Assembly (NCBI RefSeq): GCF_003525665.1
Contig: NZ_DQDX01000105.1
Span: forward strand, 1 to 39,901
Direction of reading: 5' to 3'
DNA length: 39,901 bases
Source: Flavobacterium sp.
GTDB taxonomy: Bacteria > Bacteroidota > Bacteroidia > Flavobacteriales > Flavobacteriaceae
Shown here: positions 1-7,599 of the stretch, piece after piece
How the letters are laid out: every line of letters begins with the position of its first letter
Position numbering within the stretch: the stretch's first letter is position 1
The notes under the pieces: model-generated
The model's input: only the letters and a program-made list of their open reading frames with translations
Told to the model about the DNA's origin: nothing
The model's database searches: none
Translations under genes and position numbers: made by a program

Positions 1-2082
1 AAAAATACAATTTTGAAATCAATTCACAACACAGACGAGATAGTCTCTTCGGCTGTCTTTGTTTGAATTAGTCTATAAAAATACAATTTTGAAATCAATT
101 CACAACGAGCTTGGAATAATGCTAATAATTCAAATTGTTGGAATTAGTCTATAAAAATACAATTTTGAAATCAATTCACAACAATTTCTGCAAACATTAA
201 AGGAAAAGTACAGTTGGAATTAGTCTATAAAAATACAATTTTGAAATCAATTCACAACCGAAACGTTGACAGTTGCAATTCCAAATTAGTTGGAATTAGT
301 CTATAAAAATACAATTTTGAAATCAATTCACAACGAATCCGATAAGATTATATAGGCTGATTTTGTTGGAATTAGTCTATAAAAATACAATTTTGAAATC
401 AATTCACAACACTCATTAATTGACACATTTGAAACGGCTTGTTGGAATTAGTCTATAAAAATACAATTTTGAAATCAATTCACAACACAAGCGAATAGCA
501 CAATAGAACACGAAAAGTTGGAATTAGTCTATAAAAATACAATTTTGAAATCAATTCACAACTCACGTTCTATGCAGTCACGAAATACTCTAGTTGGAAT
601 TAGTCTATAAAAATACAATTTTGAAATCAATTCACAACCAAACCCCGATTGATTAGCAAAGTCATCTAGTTGGAATTAGTCTATAAAAATACAATTTTGA
701 AATCAATTCACAACCACTTTCTCCAAGTAGATAATCATCTAACAGTTGGAATTAGTCTATAAAAATACAATTTTGAAATCAATTCACAACATGGTGCTAT
801 TTTATCAATGGACATTGAAGGTTGGAATTAGTCTATAAAAATACAATTTTGAAATCAATTCACAACTTCTGTAAAGGTCTTGAAGCGCAACCTCTCGTTG
901 GAATTAGTCTATAAAAATACAATTTTGAAATCAATTCACAACATACATTAACAAATTTAATAAGTGAGAGTTGTTGGAATTAGTCTATAAAAATACAATT
1001 TTGAAATCAATTCACAACGATTTGTAGGGTTTCTTCTGATTCAAATATGTTGGAATTAGTCTATAAAAATACAATTTTGAAATCAATTCACAACACCGTC
1101 GGCTTTACCTACTTCAACGCTTTTGTTGGAATTAGTCTATAAAAATACAATTTTGAAATCAATTCACAACTAGCAGTTGCAATATCTAAAGTCTGGTTTT
1201 GTTGGAATTAGTCTATAAAAATACAATTTTGAAATCAATTCACAACAGAGGGCGAACGCAATGCATTTGTTTTTGGTTGGAATTAGTCTATAAAAATACA
1301 ATTTTGAAATCAATTCACAACATACATAGACTTGTTGCTGAATATTTTTTAGTTGGAATTAGTCTATAAAAATACAATTTTGAAATCAATTCACAACACT
1401 AACCCACTTACTTAATATTTTGTCAAAGTTGGAATTAGTCTATAAAAATACAATTTTGAAATCAATTCACAACTGCGCCTTGTGTTATAAACTACAATAA
1501 TATCGTTGGAATTAGTCTATAAAAATACAATTTTGAAATCAATTCACAACTTAGTGGCGGAAGTTTTAATAATGGGAGTAGTTGGAATTAGTCTATAAAA
1601 ATACAATTTTGAAATCAATTCACAACTGAACTTTAGTTAGTTTGCCACCAGATTCAGTTGGAATTAGTCTATAAAAATACAATTTTGAAATCAATTCACA
1701 ACTATATGCTGTTTCAAAGTCAACAATCTTAAGTTGGAATTAGTCTATAAAAATACAATTTTGAAATCAATTCACAACTTTGTGGGTTACGATTGGAAAC
1801 CTATTTGGGTTGGAATTAGTCTATAAAAATACAATTTTGAAATCAATTCACAACAAATACAGAATTATGGTGATCAAACTCTTTGTTGGAATTAGTCTAT
1901 AAAAATACAATTTTGAAATCAATTCACAACAATTGATGTGTAAGGACTACAATCAAAAAAGTTGGAATTAGTCTATAAAAATACAATTTTGAAATCAATT
2001 CACAACTCAATTAAAGGGAATTTAGCTACTCGATAAGTTGGAATTAGTCTATAAAAATACAATTTTGAAATCAATTCATAAC
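1..2082 (-). CRISPR. CRISPR array, type II-C-like; 46-bp repeat (minus strand GTTGTGAATTGATTTCAAAATTGTATTTTTATAGACTAATTCCAAC); 28 repeats (first truncated by window edge), 27 spacers
   Basis: 76-bp periodicity read directly. Spacers are 30 bp except 1247-1275 (29) and 1474-1504 (31). Variant repeats at 61-106 (GTTTG start) and 2037-2082 (CATAAC end). Length and GTTGTGAATTG...CAAC ends resemble Bacteroidota Cas9-associated repeats. Strand and subtype are inferred because no cas genes are in the window. Confidence 0.97.
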
Positions 2083-2265
2083 TCGCAAAGGTTGATACAA
2101 ACAAACGACGACGGTAGCATAATAATCCATTTACTTTTAATTGAAAACTACGAACTCGAACGTCTTTTATTAGGATTTGGCAACGGATTAGAAATCATAA
2201 AACCCGAACGTTTACGTAACAGGTTTAAAATGATTTTGGAAAAGAGTATTGAAAAATATAATTAA
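2071..2265 (+). pseudogene. 3' remnant of a WYL-domain (YafY-like) regulator gene, C-terminal WCX region only
   Basis: Translation IHNSQRLIQTNDDGSIIIHLLLIENYELERLLLGFGNGLEIIKPERLRNRFKMILEKSIEKY resembles the C-terminus of Bacteroidota WYL proteins (HxSQ...NYELERxLLGFGxxxExxxPxxLR). The called TTG start at 2038 lies inside the CRISPR repeat. Confidence 0.8.
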
Positions 2266-2314
2266 ATTTGTGACTCATTTCTTTTTACATTAAGAATAAA
2301 TCTTAGACAAAAGC

Positions 2315-2665
2315 ATGGAAAATCATAGAATATTCACCACATCATTCGCAAGCGTTTATCCGCATTACATCAATAAAGTGGAGCGAAAAGGTCAGACAAA
2401 AGTGGAATTGGATGAAATTATTTTTTGGTTAACAGGCTACAACGAAGAAACATTTCAGCAAGTACTTGATGATAAAATCGACTTTCAAACCTTTTTTGAA
2501 AAAGCACCACAAATCAATCCAAACGTTGCAAAAATTACAGGCGTAATCTGTGGTTATCGGGTAGAAGATATTGAAAATCCGCTCATGCAAAAGATTCGTT
2601 ACTTAGATAAATTGGTTGATGAATTATCCAAAGGAAAATCGATGAATAAGATTTTGAGAAGCTAA
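2315..2665 (+). CDS. DUF2200 family protein
   Basis: Motifs FASVYPHY..K.ERKG.T, WLTGY, ITGVICGYRVE.IE.PLMQKIRYLDKLVDEL.KGK. Confidence 0.9.
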   Translation: MENHRIFTTSFASVYPHYINKVERKGQTKVELDEIIFWLTGYNEETFQQVLDDKIDFQTFFEKAPQINPNVAKITGVICGYRVEDIENPLMQKIRYLDKLVDELSKGKSMNKILRS

Positions 2666-2849
2666 TTCATTCAATTTATACATCGCACAAACCACACTTT
2701 TAGTTACAAATAACGAAATGATAATGTAATAATTACAGATTATTTCATATAAAAATTGGAATTTTACTCTTTTCCAATCAATCCTAAAGCCAAATAAAAT
2801 CAATACTTCGTCACTATTTTGCAAATTTGAAGTAAAAAAAACTTCAAAA

Positions 2850-2884
2850 TAGTATGCGTGCATAATAAATTTTTCTTATCTTTG
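2850..2884 (+). promoter_or_regulatory. Promoter of marR-fad operon (-7 box TATCTTTG 2877-2884) with an upstream palindromic operator TAGTATGCGTGCATAATA (2850-2867) over the -33 region
   Basis: Exact TAnnTTTG match 42 bp before the marR ATG; near-perfect palindrome (TATGC-GT-GCATA core). Confidence 0.6.
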
Positions 2885-2926
2885 AAATTCCGAACTAAAA
2901 CGTTATAGCAAAACGTAGTTATAAAT

Positions 2927-3358
2927 ATGAAAGAAAAAACAATAGACTATATATTAAGAGCCACTTGGCAAGCTGTTTCGAGAATGTACAACGAAGAAGC
3001 TTCCAAATTTGATGGTTCGATGGCAATTGGTTTTGCTTTACTAAGTATTGATAAAGAAGAAGGAACACCTTCAACAGCGATAAGTTCGCGTATGGGTATG
3101 GAAGCAACTTCATTAACCCGAACGCTAAAAACACTGGAGGAAAAAGGATTAATAATACGAAAGAAAAATCCTGACGATGGTCGTGGTGTATTAATTTACC
3201 TAACCGATTTTGGTAAACAAATGCGAGCACAATCAAAAGAAACCGTATTACAATTTAATGAAACCATTCGCAAAAACATTTCAGATGAAAAACTGAAAAA
3301 CTTCATTGAAGTTGCTGATATCATTAATGATTTAATTGCGGAGAAGAAGATATTTTAA
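2927..3358 (+). CDS. MarR family transcriptional regulator
   Basis: 143 aa winged HTH; TSLTRTLKTLEEKGLI.R...DDGRGVLIYLT. Confidence 0.93.
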   Translation: MKEKTIDYILRATWQAVSRMYNEEASKFDGSMAIGFALLSIDKEEGTPSTAISSRMGMEATSLTRTLKTLEEKGLIIRKKNPDDGRGVLIYLTDFGKQMRAQSKETVLQFNETIRKNISDEKLKNFIEVADIINDLIAEKKIF

Positions 3359-3364
3359 AATTTA

Positions 3365-3410
3365 AGAATATAGAATATAGAATATAGAATATAGAATATA
3401 GAATATAGAC
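3365..3410 (+). repeat. Heptamer tandem array (AGAATAT)x6 + AGAC, left arm of four-helix-bundle cassette
   Basis: Six perfect 7-mers read directly. Confidence 0.95.
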
Positions 3411-3421
3411 ATTCTAGTACA

Positions 3422-3772
3422 ATGAGACATAATTATAAGAACTTAAAGATTTGGCAGCTTGGTATTGGAATAGCGAATGATGTTTCAGATATTCTGGTGG
3501 ATTTTCCAAAACATGAGCGTTATGATTTAAGTTCGCAATTAAGTAGATGTTCTGTTTCTATACCAAGTAATATAGCTGAAGGTTCTTCAAGAACAGATAA
3601 ATCTTTTAGTCATTTTATAGATATTTCACTAGGATCATCATTTGAATTAATAACACAACTTATAGTTTCAAAACATAGAAAGTATATAACAGAAACAATT
3701 TTTAACCAATTAGAAAGTAAGATAGAAGAATTTCAAAGAATGACAATGTCATTTCAAAATGGACTGAAGTAA
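3422..3772 (+). CDS. Four helix bundle protein (23S rRNA IVS-protein / TIGR02436-like family)
   Basis: 116 aa; L.IWQ, FPKHE.Y.L.SQL.R.SVSIPSNIAEG.SR, F.HFI.ISLGS..EL.TQL motifs. Confidence 0.93.
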   Translation: MRHNYKNLKIWQLGIGIANDVSDILVDFPKHERYDLSSQLSRCSVSIPSNIAEGSSRTDKSFSHFIDISLGSSFELITQLIVSKHRKYITETIFNQLESKIEEFQRMTMSFQNGLK

Positions 3773-3773
3773 A

Positions 3774-3810
3774 GTCTATTTTCTATTCTCTATATTCTAT
3801 TTTCTTTAAA
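3774..3810 (-). repeat. Degenerate heptamer array GTCT-ATTTTCT-ATTCTCT-ATATTCT-ATTTTCT-TTAAA, inverted relative to 3361-3410 (right arm)
   Basis: Reverse complement TTTAAAGAAAATAGAATATAGAGAATAGAAAATAGAC matches the left arm units and its AGAC end. Confidence 0.9.
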
Positions 3811-6210
3811 ATGAAACAAATGAAACGAATTATTAAAAAAGTGGCAGTAGTTGGATCCGGAATCATGGGTTCTGGAATTGCTTGTCATTTTGCAAACATC
3901 GGATTGGAAGTATTGCTTTTGGATATTGCTCCGAATGCTTTAACCGAAATCGAAGAAAAGAAAGGACTAACTTTAGAAAGTAAAGTTGTTCGCAACCGAT
4001 TGGTAAACGATCACTTAGCGAATGCTTTAAAAAGTAGCCCATCGCCTATTTACAACCAGAAATTTGCGAGCAGAATTACAACCGGAAATACAACCGATGA
4101 TATGGCGAAAATTGCCAATTACGATTGGATTATCGAAGTTGTAGTAGAACGTTTAGACATCAAGAAATTGGTTTTTGAACAAATCGAAAAATACAGAAAA
4201 CCAGGAACTTTAGTAACTTCTAACACTTCTGGTATTCCAATAAAATTCATGAGCGAAGGACGAAGCGAAGATTTTCAGAAACATTTCTGTGGAACCCATT
4301 TCTTCAATCCAGCTCGTTATCTAAAATTATTCGAAATCATTCCTGGTCCACAAACTTCATCAGAAGTATTGGATTTCTTAACAAATTATGGATCACAATT
4401 CTTAGGAAAAACATCAGTTGTAGCCAAAGATACTCCAGCATTTATTGGAAATAGAATCGGAATCTTCGGAATTCAGAGTTTGTTTCACTTGGTTACCGAA
4501 ATGGGTTTAACTATCGAAGAAGTTGACAAATTAACTGGTCCAGTTATTGGTCGACCAAAATCGGCTACTTTCAGAACTGTTGACGTTGTTGGATTGGATA
4601 CATTAGTTCACGTTGCCAACGGAATTTATGAAAATTGTCCGAATGACGAAGCACATGAATTGTTTAAACTTCCAACTTTCATCAACAAAATGATGGAAAA
4701 CAAATGGTTAGGAAGCAAAACTGGTCAAGGTTTTTACAAAAAAGAAGGAAAAGAAATTCTAACTTTAGATTTAGATACTCTTGAATATAGAGCAGCAAAA
4801 AAAGCAAATTTTGCTACATTAGAATTGACTAAAACCATCGATAAACCAATCAATAGATTCAAGGTTTTAGTGAAAGGAAAAGACAAAGCAGGCGAATTCT
4901 ACAGAAAATCATTCTCGTCTATGTTTGCTTATGTATCGAATAGAATTCCTGAAATATCAGACGAATTATACAAAATTGACGATGCCATGAAAGCGGGTTT
5001 CGGATGGGAAAATGGTCCGTTCGAGATATGGGATGCCATTGGTGTTGAAAAAGGAATTGAGTTAATGAAAGCTGAAGGTTACGAGCCAGCTGCTTGGGTT
5101 AACGAAATGGTAGCTTCTGGAACTACAAGTTTTTATGCTGTAAAAGAAGGTGCAACTTATTTCTATAATATTCCAAATAAATCACAGACGAAAATTCCGG
5201 GACAAGATAGTTTCATCATCCTAAACAATATTCGTGAAACTAAGAAAGTTTGGAGTAATTCTGGAGCAATTATTCAGGATTTAGGAGACGGAATTTTGAA
5301 CTTAGAATTCCAATCGAAAATGAATACCATTGGTGGCGATGTTTTATCAGCTATCAACAAAGCAATAGATTTATCAGAAAAAGAATATCAAGGATTAGTT
5401 ATCGGAAATCAAGCAGCGAATTTCTCTGTTGGAGCCAATATCGGAATGATTTTCATGATGGCTGTTGAGCAAGAATACGACGAATTGAACATGGCTATCA
5501 AAATGTTCCAAGACACGATGATGCGTGTGCGTTACTCTGGAATTCCTGTAGTGGTTGCGCCACACGGAATGACTTTTGGTGGTGGATGCGAAATGAGTTT
5601 ACACGCCGATAAAGTCGTTGCTGCAGCAGAAACCTATATGGGATTGGTAGAATTTGGAGTTGGTGTAATTCCTGGTGGTGGTGGTTCTAAAGAATTGACG
5701 TTACGTGCCTCAGATTTATTCCATAAAAATGACGTTGAATTGAATGTTTTACAAGAATATTTCATGACCATCGCAATGGCAAAAGTATCAACATCAGCGT
5801 ATGAAGCTTTTGATACCGGACTTTTACAAAAAGGAAAAGATATTGTCGTAGTTAATAAAGACAGACAAATAGCCGAAGCTAAGAAACACGCATTGTTAAT
5901 GGCTGAAGCTGGTTACACACAACCAATTCAAAGAAAAGACGTAAAAGTTTTAGGAAAACAAGCGTTAGGAATGTTCTTAGTTGGAACAAACCAAATGGTT
6001 GCTGGAAAATACATTTCAGAACACGATTTGAAAATTGCTAACAAACTAGCGTACGTTATGGCTGGAGGCGATTTATCTGAACCAACTTTAGTAAGCGAAC
6101 AATATTTATTGGATATTGAAAGAGAAGCATTTTTATCGCTTTGTACAGAAAGAAAAACATTGGAGCGTATCCAATTTATGTTAACAAAAGGAAAACCGTT
6201 GAGAAATTAG
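3811..6210 (+). CDS. fadN: 3-hydroxyacyl-CoA dehydrogenase / enoyl-CoA hydratase (FadN-like); start may be 3820
   Basis: GSGIMGSGIA Rossmann motif, SNTSGIPI, GTHFFNP, C-terminal crotonase domain (GGGCE, GLVE.GVG.IP.GGG). Confidence 0.93.
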   Translation: MKQMKRIIKKVAVVGSGIMGSGIACHFANIGLEVLLLDIAPNALTEIEEKKGLTLESKVVRNRLVNDHLANALKSSPSPIYNQKFASRITTGNTTDDMAKIANYDWIIEVVVERLDIKKLVFEQIEKYRKPGTLVTSNTSGIPIKFMSEGRSEDFQKHFCGTHFFNPARYLKLFEIIPGPQTSSEVLDFLTNYGSQFLGKTSVVAKDTPAFIGNRIGIFGIQSLFHLVTEMGLTIEEVDKLTGPVIGRPKSATFRTVDVVGLDTLVHVANGIYENCPNDEAHELFKLPTFINKMMENKWLGSKTGQGFYKKEGKEILTLDLDTLEYRAAKKANFATLELTKTIDKPINRFKVLVKGKDKAGEFYRKSFSSMFAYVSNRIPEISDELYKIDDAMKAGFGWENGPFEIWDAIGVEKGIELMKAEGYEPAAWVNEMVASGTTSFYAVKEGATYFYNIPNKSQTKIPGQDSFIILNNIRETKKVWSNSGAIIQDLGDGILNLEFQSKMNTIGGDVLSAINKAIDLSEKEYQGLVIGNQAANFSVGANIGMIFMMAVEQEYDELNMAIKMFQDTMMRVRYSGIPVVVAPHGMTFGGGCEMSLHADKVVAAAETYMGLVEFGVGVIPGGGGSKELTLRASDLFHKNDVELNVLQEYFMTIAMAKVSTSAYEAFDTGLLQKGKDIVVVNKDRQIAEAKKHALLMAEAGYTQPIQRKDVKVLGKQALGMFLVGTNQMVAGKYISEHDLKIANKLAYVMAGGDLSEPTLVSEQYLLDIEREAFLSLCTERKTLERIQFMLTKGKPLRN

Positions 6211-6275
6211 TAGAAGTTTCAAATATGAATTTCTCCTTTCAAAAAACATTAAAAGTATAATCACACGATTGGTAA

Positions 6276-6307
6276 GTCTTAATACTTAATACTCCAATCT
6301 TAATACA
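6276..6307. repeat. Short heptamer tract GTCT-TAATACT-TAATACT-CCAATCT-TAATACA (right-arm type)
   Basis: 7-bp period with CT ends, starting with GTCT like the 3774 arm. Confidence 0.6.
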
Positions 6308-6313
6308 ATAACT

Positions 6314-7495
6314 ATGAAAACAGCATATATAGTATCCGGATTTCGTACGGCAGTTGGAAAAGCACCAAAAGGAGTTTTCCGTTTCAAACGTCCTGACGAA
6401 TTAGCAGCAGAAACAATCGAACATCTGATGGCTCAATTTCCAGATTTCGACAAAAAAAGAATTGACGACGTAATGGTTGGAAATGCAATGCCAGAAGCAG
6501 AACAAGGACTAAACGTTGGACGATTAATTTCATTAATGGGATTAAAAGTAACCGATGTTCCTGGAGTAACAGTAAATAGATATTGCGCTTCTGGACTAGA
6601 AACAATCGGAATGGCAACAGCCAAAATCCAAAGCGGAATGGCAGATTGTATTATCGCTGGTGGTGCAGAAAGCATGAGTTTTATCCCAATGGGTGGATAC
6701 AAACCAACGCCAGATTACGCTGTCGCAAAAGAAGGAAACGAAGATTATTATTGGGGAATGGGTCTAACGGCAGAAGCTGTTGCAAAACAATTCAATATTT
6801 CTCGTGAAGATCAAGATGAGTTTGCTTTCAACTCACATCAAAAAGCATTGAAAGCTCAAGCTGAAGGTAAATTTGACAAACAAATTGTTCCGATTACTGT
6901 TGAACAGACTTTCATCAATGAAAATGGTAAAAAGGAAACAAAATCATACGTAGTAAGCAAAGATGAAGGTCCGAGAGCTGACACCAATATTGCAGCATTG
7001 AATAAATTACGTCCGGTTTTCGCCGCTGACGGAAGTGTAACTGCTGGAAACTCATCACAAATGAGTGATGGTGCAGCATTCGTTTTAATCATGAGCGAAG
7101 AATTGGTAAAAGAATTAAACATCACTCCTATTGCACGATTAGTAAATTTTGCATCCGCTGGAGTTGAACCAAGAATTATGGGAATCGGACCAGTTAAAGC
7201 AATTCCGAAAGCATTAAAACAAGCCGGATTATCACTAAATGATATTGGATTAATTGAACTAAACGAAGCTTTCGCATCACAAGCATTAGCAGTAACTCGT
7301 GAATTAAATCTGAATCCAGAAATTATAAATGTGAATGGTGGCGCAATCGCATTAGGTCATCCATTAGGTTGTACTGGTGCAAAATTATCGGTACAATTAT
7401 TTGACGAAATGAAACGTCGTGGTGATAAATACGGAATTGTAAGTATGTGTGTTGGAACTGGTCAAGGTTCTGCAGGTGTATTTGAACTTTTATAA
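6314..7495 (+). CDS. fadA: Acetyl-CoA C-acyltransferase (3-ketoacyl-CoA thiolase)
   Basis: VNRYCASGL, ELNEAFA, GGAIALGHPLG, SMCVGTGQG thiolase motifs. Confidence 0.96.
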   Translation: MKTAYIVSGFRTAVGKAPKGVFRFKRPDELAAETIEHLMAQFPDFDKKRIDDVMVGNAMPEAEQGLNVGRLISLMGLKVTDVPGVTVNRYCASGLETIGMATAKIQSGMADCIIAGGAESMSFIPMGGYKPTPDYAVAKEGNEDYYWGMGLTAEAVAKQFNISREDQDEFAFNSHQKALKAQAEGKFDKQIVPITVEQTFINENGKKETKSYVVSKDEGPRADTNIAALNKLRPVFAADGSVTAGNSSQMSDGAAFVLIMSEELVKELNITPIARLVNFASAGVEPRIMGIGPVKAIPKALKQAGLSLNDIGLIELNEAFASQALAVTRELNLNPEIINVNGGAIALGHPLGCTGAKLSVQLFDEMKRRGDKYGIVSMCVGTGQGSAGVFELL

Positions 7496-7511
7496 CAAAA
7501 CAAAATATTAA

Positions 7512-7565
7512 GAACACAGATTTTAGAAATTCAAAAAATTATTAAAATTTCTAAACTCTGTGTTC
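7512..7565. repeat. 20-bp inverted repeat (GAACACAGATTTTAGAAATT / AATTTCTAAACTCTGTGTTC), REP-like intergenic hairpin
   Basis: 19/20 complementary arms with a 14-nt loop, between fadA and the acyl-CoA dehydrogenase. Confidence 0.8.
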
Positions 7566-7599
7566 AAAAAAAACTATTAAAACTAAAAAAAACTAAATT

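Noticed and set aside
2038..2265. 75-aa ORF as an intact gene
   Set aside because: The start and first ~15 codons are CRISPR repeat sequence; treated as a WYL remnant.
2083..2926. tracrRNA, anti-repeat or cas genes right of the array
   Set aside because: No extended repeat complementarity or Cas-like ORF seen; they probably lie left of the window.
3422..3772. Diversity-generating retroelement (Avd-like gene)
   Set aside because: No reverse transcriptase or TR/VR pair differing at adenines seen in the window; the paralogous T9SS C-termini differ largely at synonymous positions of all base types.
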